This document shows, piece after piece, positions 13,801-27,259 of a DNA stretch of 64,000 bases (its first letter is position 1; the number at the start of each line of letters is the position of its first letter). A program made the position numbers and the translations under genes. Origin of the DNA: Basidiobolus meristosporus CBS 931.73. Taxonomy: Eukaryota > Fungi > Basidiobolomycota. The DNA is taken from contig MCFE01000389.1 of NCBI GenBank assembly GCA_002104905.1, positions 19,024-83,023 of the forward strand, given 5' to 3'. The notes beneath the pieces were generated by a model. That model did not search any database and was not told the origin of the DNA. It saw nothing but the letters and a program-made list of their open reading frames with translations.

Positions 13801-14789
13801 TAAAAAAACACATGGAATAAAACTAAAATATAGGTGGAAGAAAACATAGCAGTCAAAAGTATGGAAATGAGAACATCTGTCAGTAAGTATCTCCATGACC
13901 CCACTGCTGTGGTGCAACAACTTTATTTACAATGATTACCTTAGGGTGTCATCATTGAATCTTACATTCCTGTAGGTTCAATGTTTCATATACAGGACTA
14001 TCTGCAACTTATCAGAATATTGACAAAAAAGTGATAACATTGCATTACATTATTTAGTATCACACTGATTACCCCATGCAAAGGACTACTTTGATTCAGT
14101 TCAGAAAGAAAAGTGAAAATGACCATGTGGCTTTTGTAATAATGCTCTCAGTCATGCAGCATGCAGATAGTATAAGAAGTATAACAAGGATCAAGGCCTA
14201 TGCTTTGCCACACAAGTCATATTTGGCCATTGATCAATCACTAAAGTACTACCTAATATTTTGCAAGCCATTTGGTACTTCTTCAACAGTACCTGGCTGT
14301 ACTTGCCACCTTGTACAAACTGAGTCAGGTGAGCTTTTAACATCTTCTAGCTAACCTCAAACTTTTAAATAAGACCTGTAGAGTGTTAGCACTACTGAAG
14401 AAGGCACACTGATGTGTTGTGAGACTATCTCCCATCAAAGTGGTACCCTGCATATTCTCAGCAAAATCCCAATATCCAAAGAGAAAACAAACATGTAGAA
14501 ATGCCAAGGATTCCTTACAGAACTAGTTAAGGACAAAAGTACTCTTATTGACAAATGATGTGCTGTTGTGGCTGCAGAACAGTGTGTCTCCACCAATATT
14601 TAACAGTGACTTGAGGATTTATTGATACTTTTTGCAAGAATCATTACAGGATGTAACTTCCACATAGATAGTACAAATGGACAACTGACATGCAGCTAGC
14701 AATAAGTGACCAGACACTTTCCTGATAACATCATGTGTCAATAGTTATGTAGCATTCATATTGAATAATGACAACACTGCAGGTGTCTA

Positions 14790-15340
14790 ACTTGTCCAGA
14801 ACCAAAAATTAGTACCTCTTAGTCACGGGACATTAACTTTGTGATGGCCTTTTGATGGGATCATCTCAATGATTTTTCACAGGGTACCTCCAACATTTAT
14901 GAGTGTTAGTAGCCTAATGCCTCTTTTTCACACTGTTTACTCTCCAACTCAACTGGTGTGCATACTTATGGTGTACACAAACTGCTTGTTTCTGAAGAAT
15001 GATAAGTTGAAACTCAATTGTAAACTGTACTGACCTATACAAGTTCCTTTACCCAACACTAATATTTAGCTCATCCATATACTAAATAAGTAACTTTGTT
15101 AAAGTCCATTGTTTATTAAATATTTCTGCTTTAACACCCTTTTCCATGACTTTGGTGGAAACCTTATGGTTTTATGCCATTGCTCATTCACTGGCTCTCA
15201 TATAAACTGGTTTTGAGCCAGCACCGCAAGGTATATGGCCTCATCTGCCAGTCCTTCTATTATCTCCTTGCAATATTCAGTTGTCTATCCTTAAGCATTG
15301 CTCTTGATGAAGATTTAGTTGGTTCTAGATAGATGGCATC
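14790..15340. repeat. Family C terminal and internal fragments
   Basis: 14813-14884 matches the terminus seen at 7980-8050 and 2690-2760; 14910-15340 matches 6460-6850 and 15650-16050. Confidence 0.6.
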
Positions 15341-18300
15341 AGTTAGTGAGAACTGCAACCTTTTTCTTACACTTCTCTGTCACTGTGTAGATACCTATGA
15401 GAAATTATTGAGGTCATCCCATCAAAAAGCTTTCACAAAGTTAAAATCACATGACTAAGAGGTACTGATCTTGTCATGACACTGTGCAGACGCCATTAAA
15501 AAATAATCACACTCCAGATTGCACAAAAAACTTAGTCAAATTGTTTCATCACCACAATATATACGTGGCTTTTGATTGGTTCCCTGTCAATTTGCTTGCT
15601 TTCTGATCCCAGACACTCTATTGCCTCCAACATTTGTGTGCATTGATTGGCTATTGCCTCTTTTTCACACTCCTTACTTCCTGACTCAACTGTTTCTCTT
15701 ACTTTTCAAGTGTACAAATTGATTTGTTTCTGTTGAAGCCTCAGTTGTACATTGATTGCCAATTGTAGTGACCTATACAAGTCCCTATACTTTACACTAA
15801 CATTAAGTTCAACCCCACACTCAACAAATAACTCCATTAAAATCCACCACCCAATAAGTATTTTTGCAGTAACACTCTGGTTCCATAACTTTGGTGGGAA
15901 CCCAACAGCTTTATGCCACTGTCATTCACTGGTTCCCACATGTTGCGGTCTTCAGCCAGCACTGCAAGGTCTAGCACCTCTTCTGCCAGTCTTTGCTATA
16001 AGTCCTTGCAATAATCCAGTGCATCTTCTTGAGCACTGCTCTTGGAGAAGTGCTGCAACCTCTTGGTGTGCCCATTAATGTTCCAAAACTCCACTGAAGG
16101 CAATGTGATAGTCTTTCAAGCTCTTGACATTGTAGCTGTGTCTGTCAGTGGGATCTCCACTGTGTCAACAATGGAGGCTGTGGTAGAAAAATTACCTTTT
16201 CAGCAAACTCATCTGCCTTACTGGAATGTAGCTCAACTGGCTGCACTTCCAACTCATGTAAAAACAGCTGTTTTCTTGTTGGTAATTCTTCTTGGCTATG
16301 ATCAGATTCTGTCTATTCCAGGCTTGCGGTGCTAATTGGTGAGAACTGCAGTTTTTTTGCATGCCTCCCTGTCTCATGCCTGGGTAGACATTTTTCCTTT
16401 TCCCTTTTCCTTTATTGCTGCCAGTGCTTTCACTGCTGCTTTGTCTGAGTGCTTCTTGTAACAAACTACATTTTATCCTGGATAAATTCTGCTTCAACAC
16501 ATCCATTTTGGCCTGCTTTTCCCTTCCTAGCACTCTTCTGTCAACCTGATGTTTCTTCACCACTTGTTTTGAGCTCTCAACCATAGCTGTCACAGGCTCC
16601 TGTAAAAGAGGCTGGTTTTTTTCTTTGATGAAGAAGGTTCACTGATGGATTTTGTGTCTATCTCCCCTAACAACAGTACCACATATAAGCCTGGTCAAAT
16701 TACTATATGCAATGAGACAACACCCATTTAAACAAATGCCAAGGATACTTTATGCAGCCAAGTGAGCCCAGTAATCCATTTACTTGCAAGTGATGTAATG
16801 TTGTGGTTACAGAAGTGGCACATTTCTGCAAATATTAGTAATGGGGGCTTTAAGGATTTATTACTACTTCTAGCCAAAATCATACTGGGATGCAACTTAC
16901 CATGTATATGGTACAAGTAGACAACCCTCATGCGGCTGGCAACATATGATCCAGCAACTGTCCTGATTCCAGCATGTGACAACAGTTGCATAGCACTCAC
17001 ATCCAAAAATGCTACCATTGCAACAAGTCCAAATTGTCAGGAACCCACCACTATTGAGGAAAAGCATTCTTCACACTCCCGATATATTCCTGTAATACCC
17101 TGTTTGAGGAAGCCTATGCTGTCCAACAAGTATTGCAAAGCTATACAGTATTGCACTCAGTATCAATATAAGCACAAACATATCCAACACGTTTGATAGC
17201 AAACATTACAAACAGCCAAGAAGCAAGGGCTACTTTAAAGGTATGTATGACCATGCCTTTGCTTTGGCACTTGATGGATTCTCATTAAACAAGTACCCTA
17301 CCAGCAAATCCTGCTGGCCACTAATTCTCATCAATTTGAATCTGCAGCCCATCCTGCAGTATCAGAGTAATAATCTGATGAAAATCTCACTAGTATCTTG
17401 GCCTAAATCACCATCCAACCTGGATAGCTACCTGTATCCATTGCTGGATGAATTTTGTATGCTCTCCAGCAGAATAACAGTAAATGGTTATCATGTAAAA
17501 GCGCATATTATTATCTGCATTGGAGGTACCTCAGCCATCAGCAAGATAGCAGGTTTTGCTGGGCACCATGGAATGTATTGCTGTTAAATGTGTGAGATCC
17601 AGGGGATTTACTGCACAACTTAAACACATTATTATTACCAAAACACCAGCACTAAGAGCATTATCTTTCCACAGAGAGAATGTACAGAAGTAAGTATGCA
17701 ATTGCAGCAAAGTTGGCTAGCCATAAGCCATTGACCAGAATATGGAATCAATTGGAAGCCAGAGATACTTAAGATAGTGGGTATTTGTTGGAGCAAAAGC
17801 TTTTCACTGGGTGCAAGGCATTTGCTTTTCAACAATATTCCTATACTGATGACCAAGTTGTACATGGTGCATATCAAGTTAAATGAACCCTTTGAGATAC
17901 AGTAGAAATTTGAAAGAATTGGCAAGATATTTCAGAGTATCCCCTACCCTAGGTACTTCTCATAGGTTCCAATTAATATTCATACGCATATTCAACAATA
18001 CAAATGCAATGACTGGATGAACTTAACATGTATTTTTTCAAGTGGTGTTCTAAAGCCATTCTGACCAAGAGTACATTTGAAGCATTGGGAGTCTTATATT
18101 TACACTGTAGGAATATTTATCCAGAAGCAGACCACCAATGCCAACTTGACACATCTACAGTTGTTGTGGGAGGAGTTTGTGACAGGATTTGAGCTGCTAT
18201 CCTACAAACATAAAGCTGAGCACATAGATCTCTGCCACTACTGTATCCATTCTCTACTCCATATAGCACTACGTGTGGAGAATATTGAGCCTTGCTTCAC

Positions 18301-19250
18301 CTTTTGGGAGTTTCCTATGGAGCAGATGTGTGGGGAGATAGGAACACAAGTCAAGTTGCAGGTTCTACCATATCCCAATCTCAACAAGACTATTACCTTC
18401 AAGTCTGTCATGGATGTGATGAGTTGGCACATGGAGGACAGCCAGGAAGAGTTGGAAAATAATGAGGACAAATGTGCACATGGAGACACCTATGCCTATT
18501 ACATTAAGAAGCTAAGTAGCTTCAATGCATGGGTAATCAGGTAAGTAATGCAAAGTAGGGTTGGGGGCAACAAGCAACTAATTTTTATCAGGAAAGTTCT
18601 ACCAAGGTATGCCAGATTTCTCATGGTAACAAGTCAACTCTGCACCATTCAATATGGAATTTACACAAACAAAAGCCAGAGCACACCTCTAAGGGTTACT
18701 AGAATCCAGCTGGGAGAAGGAATTTATTGGCTAAATACCAAGATGTTCTTTGTGGATATTTAGGAGGTATTTATGGCAGAAGTGGTAACAACTAAGTATA
18801 AGTATGCAAGATGTATATGTAACCAGCAGTACAAGATATATGGCAACTTTGCAAGTATTGCACTAAAAAGCTGTAAAGTTGAGATGATAGAAGTATGTCA
18901 ATAGTGGCAGGTGTGCATGTTTGTGGAGGTTAGTAAGCAGGAGGCCATATTTTTTTTGATTTGAACTGTATGTGGAATACCCAAGGTAGTAGTGGGAAAG
19001 CAAATAAAGACAGGTAATTCTACAGTGGAATATATGAATTGCCCAAGGGGAGGTAGAAAAAGGAAATACCATTTGGTAAATTGATACAGTGGCATTATAC
19101 AGAACCAGCAGTAGGCCATCACCATGCCAATATAATGCCATCAGAGTCTTGCTGTGAGACCATCAAAGTACTGTCAAGTTTCTTGCCAAATGCGGCAAAT
19201 GGATGTCCTGGCCAATTGGATACACTTAAAATAGCTATAGAGCACCAAAA

Positions 19251-22200
19251 TGTTGTAAGAGTCTTGGAGGTATTGGAGGTGATTAGGAGAAGTAGATCAT
19301 GTCGTTTCACTTAATGTTTCTTTGAATATAAAAGTAGCATATATACTTTTACATGGTCTTGGCATAAAAAATATGTAGAATAGGTTAAGAAAGGTCCCAT
19401 GAATATGTGTGCAAAGTTTGGGGCTGTTTGGTCAACTTCGAGAATTTTCATGTTCTGGGTGCCCATATTTTGGTGAAAATATTCCAAGTAAATCCCAACA
19501 AGGAATTTGGTCAGTATTCTCTAGGATTTGGATTTAATGATCTAAGTGACTAAGTTAGGTGAATATTTAGGTGGAATTCCAAACTTTTACAACACTCCCA
19601 CTCAGCTAAATGTTCATACTGACTAGTCCTAATTTTGTCCTAAGATATTCAAACTTGTCTCTAGGCAATGGTTTGGTAAATAGACTTGTTGCATTGGATA
19701 GTGCCACATTGAGCTATGAGTGCCAAATGATGCCACAGTATGCCAGAGAGGCCAAGTGAACCTATACTTGGCCACAGAGTGTTAAACATAGCTCTGCATC
19801 TTCATTCAAAGCAGCCCCTGTGTTTCATCTATGATACAGGAGAAAATGCATTTTTTGGCGTTTTTTTGTGGATCAATGTTGTGCAGGATGTGTAAGAGCA
19901 CAGAAGGACTGACAACATACATCAGGTACTCAATACCAATGGCAATCTGAATCTAGCTCTTATGTCTTTTAACATGCAACAAAAATGCATGGCACTATCT
20001 TGGTCCACTGGTACTATCTGGCACTATATTCAATTATCAGCACTAAAGTAAGATCTATACAAAGCACTTATAGTGCCAGATAGTACCAGTGGACCAAGAT
20101 AGTGCCATGCATTTTTGTTGCATGTTGAAAGACACAAGCGCTAGAGTCAGATTGCCATGGGTATTGAGTACCTGATGTATGTTGTCAGTCCTTCTGTGCT
20201 CTTACACATCCTGCACAACATTGATCCACAAAAAAATGCCAAAAAACGGATTTTCTCCTGCATCATAGGTGAAACACAGGGGCTGCTTTAAATGAAGATG
20301 CAGAGCTATGTTTCACACTCTGTTGCCAAGTATAGACTCACTTGGCCTCCCTGGCGCACTATGGCAGCATTTGGCACTCATAGCTCAATGTGGCACCATC
20401 CAATGGAACAAGTCTAGTATGTCTGCAATCATTTCATCTGTAGGACAGTAAGCTCATCTAACTAGTTTATTCTGTATAATGTCATGTATGAAATGATGTC
20501 TAATATCTATGTGCTTGGCTCTAGCATGATAAGTTGGACTTCTACCTAATTTTATACATTGTTGATTATCTTGAAATAAAGTAAAAGGCATTTTCTAACA
20601 TAGGCCTAAATCTGTAGAAAGCTTTTTTAACCACATTGCTTCTTTTGTAGCTTCACAGGCTGCCATGTACTCTGCCTCTGTGGTAGAAAGTGCTATGGTT
20701 GGTTGCTTCCTTGAATTCCATGAAATTGCTCCTTTACAGTAAAGAACAGTGTATCCTGTGGTGGATCTTCTGTCTTCCAAATTTTGTCCCCAATCAGCAT
20801 CAGAGTATCCCACAAGATCCTGTTCTGAATCCTTATAAGTGTATCTTAAGCAGATATCAGCAGTTCCTTTTAGGTATCTAAAAGTCCACTTAACTGCTGC
20901 AATATGATCAGAACCATAGTTCTGATTATGTTGGCTGACAATTCCTACTGAATATGAGATATCTGGACGTGTTTCAAGAATGATATACATCAGACTGCCA
21001 ATTATATATTGATAAGGAAAGTCAGGACTTACAGATGGCACCAAGCTCTCTTGATTTGGTTGAGTTTTGACCAAGTCTAGGCTTGTCTCCATTGGGGTAG
21101 CTGCCGGTTTACAGTCTTCCATTTGGTACTTCTTTGTTATATCTCAAATATACTTGGATTGGCTTAGGGTGATAGTCTGGGTACTTGTGACTATGAAGAA
21201 CTTAATCCCTAATAGTAACTGAGTTCTCCTAGATCAGACATCTTGAACTCCTTAGATAGGCTGGATTTAGTCTCTTCCAATGTTTCTAGGCTATTGGAAG
21301 CTACAACAAGATCATCCACATATAGAGCTAATAGAACTGTATTTGCTCTATCTGGCTCATAGTATATACTATAATCAGCATTACTCCTTTTGAAACTCTA
21401 CAATTCCAAATAAGAATCTATCTTGCAATTCCAGGCTCTTGGTGATTGTTCAAGACCAGATAGTGACTTTTAGGCTTGCAGACTAAATGGAGGTTATCTT
21501 GGCCAGCAAACCCATTAGGCTGGTCCATAGACACGTCCTCATCAAGTTCTCTATTCAAAAATGCCATTTTTACATCCATTTGATGAATAAAAAGCTTATA
21601 TTTGGCTGCAGTACCCAATATTAATCTAATGGAATTAAACTTTGCTACTGGTGCAAAGGTCTCAATATAGTCAAGTCCTTTTCTTTGAGAGTATTCTTTG
21701 GCCACAAGTCTTGCATTGTATCTTTCAATTTTACCATTGACCTTATATTTTGTCTTGAAGACCCATCTGCATCCATAAATTTTTGGTTGATTGGTAATTT
21801 GACTAAGTCCCAAGTTTGATTTTCAATCAAAGCCTATATTCCTTGGTATTGCTGATCTCCAAAACTTTGGGATATTTGTTTGCAGATCTCCAAAACTTTG
21901 TCTGAGGGCTACTTAGGGCCTCTTTTACAGTCTGCAGCTCATCAACATGGACTGAATAGGCATAGGCTAAGTTTGTACCCTCATTGATATAATAATTTTG
22001 GCTATTTCTTGTCCAATTGGATCTCTGGGCATTTGATACTAGAATGATCACTTCTGGGATATCCCTAGACACTGATTTAGGCTTAGCAACAGTTGTAGAG
22101 TCCTCTGGAGTGAAAAAAGTCTCATTGTTTTGCTCTGATTCAGTCCTGACAATTGGTGGACTTGAGATCAGATTTTGTCATCATCAAATGTCATGTTTAT

Positions 22201-24688
22201 GAAAATTTCAGTCTTCATCAAACAACACATCCCTGGACTTGATTAGCTTCATTGCTTTGGTATTGTAGAGGCTGTATGCTTTATTCTCATTGCAGTAGCC
22301 CAAAAAAATGCATTTTACACCTTTTGGCTCATGTATTGACTGATTTCTGGGCAGTTTCTTAGCATATGCTGTACACTCAAGTATTCTTAGATGTTCTGCA
22401 CTTGATCTGTATCCATACTGTGCATCAAATGGAATATACTCACAAAGTATTCTGCTATAACTCCTACTTTTAAGGTATACAGCTGTGGCAACTGATTCCG
22501 CTCAAAAAGCATAGGATAATTCTTGATCATGGATCACATATCTTGCCATGTCCATTATTGATCTGTTAGCACATTCTGCTACTCCTTTTTTGCTGTGGGC
22601 AGTATGGTACAGTAGTCTGTTGCTTTATCCCATGAGTTTTGCAGAAATGGGTGCAGAGTTTTGATGTATATTCTCCACCATTGTCAGAGAGTATTTCTTG
22701 ATTTTTCACCAGTTTCCCTCTCCACCATGGCTTTAAACTCCCTGAGCGTAGACAGAGCTTCTTCCTTTCTCACCATGAAGTAGACCCATGTGTATCTTGT
22801 ATAATCATCAATAAAAGTGATTAAATGCATCAACCTGCCTAAGGATAAATATTGCATAGGTCCACACAGATCTGAGTGAATTAGATCTAATTTTTCTTAG
22901 TTGTGATTAACCTAGAGCTCCTGAAAAGCTGTCTTGCTTGTTTTCCATATATGTAGGCTTTAAAGTGCTCCAAACTAGCTGGGGGATCAGTTTTTATTCC
23001 AGAAATTAGTTGATCTTGGATCATTTTGCGCAAATAATTAGAATTGATGTGCCCAAATCTCCTGTGCCAAAGCATTGGTGTTTCTTCATTTAAGTAACTT
23101 ATATTGGCTTCCAAATATGATGTAATATAAGTAAACCTGTATAGATTCTGATCTCTGATTCCCATAGCAATATGGGCACCATTTTGATTGGTGATCTTGC
23201 ATCCAGAAATGTCAAAGCTGAAACTGAGTCCTTCTGCAGTGGCCTTGCTTACAGATAGTTGGTTCTTGACTATTTCTGGTACATAGAGTACTTCCTTAAA
23301 GGTCAGTGTATGGCTTCTGTCGCTGCTTCTTAGGTTTACTTGGATAGTTCCTTCTCCAACTGCATTAAGTGTTCCATTGACACCCATGAAAACCTACTTA
23401 ATTGGATTTTCTTGATATTGGGCAAAAAGTTCTTTTTGGTGTATATAGTGTTGAGATGCTCCAGAGTCAATGTACCATGTCTGAGAATCCTTGTTTGTGG
23501 TCATATTTAGTGCAGATATGAATAGTCTATCTTCAGTTGTTGTGGCATTTCCCTATTCAGGCTTCTTTTGATGATTATCTCTCTTTTTGAGACACTGGTC
23601 TGATGTGTGTCCTTTCCTTTTGTAGTAGTTGCAAAACAAATTGCTGTTGCCTTTGTAGAGTCTTGGGTACCTCCTTTGTTGGTTATCATTGCTTATTAAA
23701 GCACTTGCTTCTTCCTTCTTATTGGTGCTTGATTTTCTTAATTCTTCATCAAGGAGCCTTATATAATTGTAATTCAAGGTCAAATCTTCAGTTCTGGACT
23801 CTAGGGCCAATACAAGGCCCTGAAGCTTGTCTGTCAGGCTATTCAGGATGGTAGCTATTACATCCTCATCAGTAGTTGGTATGCCCAGAACTTCCATTTC
23901 ATCTGCCAGCAAGGTAATTCTGTTAATCAGATTTTTGATTCCTTCTCCTGGTAGCATCTTTGTACTAAAGAATTTTTGTTTCAGATACATTTTCTTAGCA
24001 GCTGAACATGACTGCTAGGTGCCTTCTAATGCCTTCCAGGCATTCTTTGCTGTTTTTGCTCTTGAGCATTGAATTAGCAATTTGTCCTTAACATTAAGGC
24101 AAATGCAGTTAAAGGCACTTTGTCCTTTCTTCTGGTACTTTAAGAATTACTCTCCTACATTTTTGGGAGGGCATTTTTCTCCCATGACAATATCCCAAAG
24201 GCCTCTTTCTTGTAGCAGCATCTTCATCTTCCCCTTCCACAATCGGTTGTTAGATCCATCCAACTTTTTGGCAGAGGGAAAAATTCCAGAAATAGCAGTG
24301 GTAGACATTACAGAGAGGGACAGCTTGAGGCTCATTGCCTGTTGTAAGAGTCTTGGAGATATTGGAAGTGATTGGGAGAACAAGTAGATTATATGGTTTT
24401 CACTTAATGTATTATTGAATATAAAAGTAGTATTTATACTTTTACATGGTCTTGGCACAACAAACGCTTAGGATGGGCTAAGGAAGGTCCCAAGACTATG
24501 TGTGCAAGGTTTAGGGCTGTTTGGACAACTTTGAGAATTTTTAGGTTCTGGGTACCTGGTATTTTGATGAAAATATTCCAAGTAAATTCCAACAAGAAAT
24601 TTGGTGTGTATTCTTTAGGATTTGAAGGTAATGATCTAAGTTACTAAGTTGGGTGAGTATTTAAGTGGAATTCCAAATTTTTACATAA
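19251..24688 (-). mobile_element. Decayed full-length Ty1/Copia retrotransposon (family B, copy 2)
   Basis: LTRs at 19251-19594 and 24340-24688 (clearly diverged). PBS at 24328-24339, PPT at 19595. Candidate TSD CAAAA/TAAAA. Fragments of gag (KKLDGSNNRLWKGKMKMLL), protease, integrase, RT (LDYIETFAPVAKFNSIR...HQMDVKMAFLN) and RNase H (GYSDADWG...RRSTTGY). Confidence 0.93.
19681..20416. mobile_element. Foldback/MITE-like element (348-bp inverted arms, 40-bp spacer) inserted into Copia pol
   Basis: 19681-20028 is the reverse complement of 20069-20416, with termini TAGACTTGTT...AACAAGTCTA. Removing it restores the Copia IADIFTKPLPRDKF motif. No ORF. Confidence 0.88.
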
Positions 24689-24974
24689 TAAAAGACCACA
24701 ACAATACCATGCAAATATTGTCACAGCATCTTTAAAAATTGTTAAGTCTTATGCATGTATTAGGTTGTAAGATTAGGAAAACACTGTCACAATCCCATCA
24801 TAAGATTGTTGGCAGGGTCACTAATTCCAAGCTGCTGGTATTATAACAGTCTCTAAATGGGATCTTGATGGCAGATCTGAATTGGATCCACCTGCATGAC
24901 CAAATTATCTTTCATAGGGGAAATACTTCTTACAGCATGGGAGGGAGGGACTGTGCTTGGAATAAACACAAGGC

Positions 24975-25322
24975 TGTTGTCAAATTTGTAATTCCACCTG
25001 AATATTCACCTAACTTAGTCACTTGGATAATTTCCCACAAGTCTCAGAGAATAGTGTCCAAACTCCTTGTCAATATTTACTTCAAATATTCTCACCCAAA
25101 TATCAGGTACCCAAAGCATGAAGATTCTGAGAGTTGGCCAAACAGCCTTAAACTTTGCACACTTATTTTTGGGACCTTTCTAAGCCTGTTCTACATGTTT
25201 GTGATGCCAAGATTATGTAAAAGCATAATTACTACCTTTACATTGAATAAATCATTAAGTGAGAACCACATGATTTACTTGTTCTTGCAATCACTTCCAG
25301 TATCTCCAAGACTCTTGCAATA
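24975..25322 (+). mobile_element. Solo LTR of Copia family B with AAGGC target-site duplication
   Basis: Reverse-complement homologue of 24340-24688; AAGGC lies at 24970-24974 and 25323-25327. Confidence 0.85.
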
Positions 25323-25699
25323 AAGGCAGGAGAGTAGAGCTATGCAAGGCAGGACCAGGAAAGGACTGAGGTGTGGATTAGCAATGAAAGGTGAATTCAA
25401 AGGCATGGCCATTTATTCAAGAACTGTGTTTATCAGACTGATGAATACATAAGGGGGATAAGACTATATATACTTCTTAGCAATATGGATGCCAAGGAAT
25501 ATTGGCTAATAATGATAGGGTTCTGGGGTGAGGCATGGTAAGTGTGCCAAGATAGAGACCTACCAATAAACAGACTAGAATATCACATGGGGATATGCCA
25601 GGGGTCATCTGATCATGTGACTAGGTTGTGTGAGGTGCAAATAACAAATTTTGTATTGAACTACATAAATTTCAATGGGAAGCTTTTGTAGAGTATTCC

Positions 25700-26986
25700 A
25701 TTGTGTAACATTGACTTAGAGCTTTCAAGAACTGCTAGAATTTAGTGGAACTTTGTAGAAGGAGCTGGGACCTCTCCACCAACTTGATTTGGCTGGACCA
25801 TGAATGGCCACAGGTATCATGTGATCATGACTCTGTGTTTCACCCATTGGGCTGGAGAAAATCCATTTTCTGACCTTTTTTTTGGGATCAATGCTGAGAC
25901 CCACATGTGGGAGCACTGTGGTGGTGTATAGGTCCAAGGGAGAGATACGTCCAATACTTCTCAAGTGTTTTGTGTGTGGGGTGCTCACTGGGTGCAATAA
26001 CCTCTGGCAAAAGCTTGCTGGGAATACTTGGGTTCTGTCACTAATCTAATGTGAAGGGGAATAAAGCCACAAGCTTGTCAAGGGAAAACTATTGAGCTAC
26101 AATCCCCAACTTAGTTGGCATCTTAACAAAAGTATGTGCTGGGTTCAGTGTCCTTTGGGATGACAATGTACTAAAGCTTCCAAAGTCAAAACAACTGTAA
26201 ACTCCACCAGCAGGGACTTGATAAGAATGCAGCTGTGGTCAATAGTTACAAAGACAGAAAAGTATCTTTGCCTGTACAAGAACAAACTTGGGAAAGAATC
26301 AAATATAGTAAAAGATACCTACTCTGAGTATTTGTCACAAGTAGTACCTCCAAGGTCAGTTGGCTGTCAGCATGGTTTCCTGGGAGTGTCCTGTGGCCTA
26401 GGGTTGGAAGTTCAGCTAGCAGCAGGTAGCAGTGATCACACTAATCAACAAGTTGGTATATTGATAAAAGGGATGATGATTTATTGTTGAGGGATAGCCT
26501 CCCTTATATACTTTTCTTACTGGCCAAGTGATTATTAATCATGGTGTTCCAGAAGGTTCCGGATATCAATAGAAATCTTAATGACATCAGAATGACCTAA
26601 GAATGTTCTAAGTAGGTGCCGGAAGGTTCTAAGAGGCACAGCACATCCAACCAATCAGGAATCAGTATTCTGAAGCCTGTGTAACATGGGGATACCATAT
26701 ATGGTATGGAAATGGTAGGGATGATGACACAGGTTGATCATGTGTCACAGGTACTGGCACAGGTACTTGCCTAATATAGAAGTACTTATAGCTAGTAATC
26801 TTACATAAAGTGAGGGGTAACTTATGCAATAAGGTAAGCAGGTGTAATAGTCAACCGGCTTATGGGATAGTACTGATTGGGTAAGACAAATGGGATAAAA
26901 CTAAAATAAGTGTAGTAGAGATATAGGAAAGTAGAAAATAAGGGAATGAGCACATCTGTCAGTGGGTGTCACTGTCACCCCACTAC
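25700..26986 (-). mobile_element. Family D remnant (LTR-like segment plus internal sequence), possibly Gypsy-like
   Basis: Homology to 8570-9253, 13810-13910 and 28880-29200. There is an LTR-like tract with TATA/AATAAA-like motifs on the minus strand. No intact domain. Confidence 0.4.
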
Positions 26987-26994
26987 AGCGCCAA

Positions 26995-27257
26995 GGAATT
27001 GAAGACATGCATTTGATGCTCAATACCTGTGGCACTCTGAATTTAGCACATTGTGAACAACATTGATCCCAAAAAAAAAGGTCATGTAATGGATTCCCAT
27101 TAGCACTATGGGAAAACAAAGGGGCACTATGCATGACAATGTATAACTATATTTCTCATTGTGTGGCCAAGTATAAGTAAACTTGTCTCTCTGGCACACT
27201 ATGGCATTATTTGGTACTCATGGTGCCAAGTGGCACTATCTAACAGAACAAGTCTCA
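26995..27257 (+). repeat. Single diverged copy of the foldback-element arm
   Basis: CATTGATCCCAAAAAAA...GGCACTATCTAACAGAACAAGTCT matches the right arm at 20219-20416. Confidence 0.7.
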
Positions 27258-27259
27258 AA

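Larger units (their letters stand above)
15394..24919 (+). mobile_element. Degenerate CACTA/En-Spm-like transposon with CCC-type termini, split by the Copia insertion at 19251-24688
   Basis: Left end CCTATGAGAAATTATTGAGGTCAT; right end reverse complement CCCTATGAAAGATAATTTGGTCAT. Transposase remnants ALALDGF...SCWPLILINLNL...GFAGHHGMYCC (17243-17587) and HSLLHIA...FWEFPMEQMCGEI (18077-18544). Confidence 0.7.
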
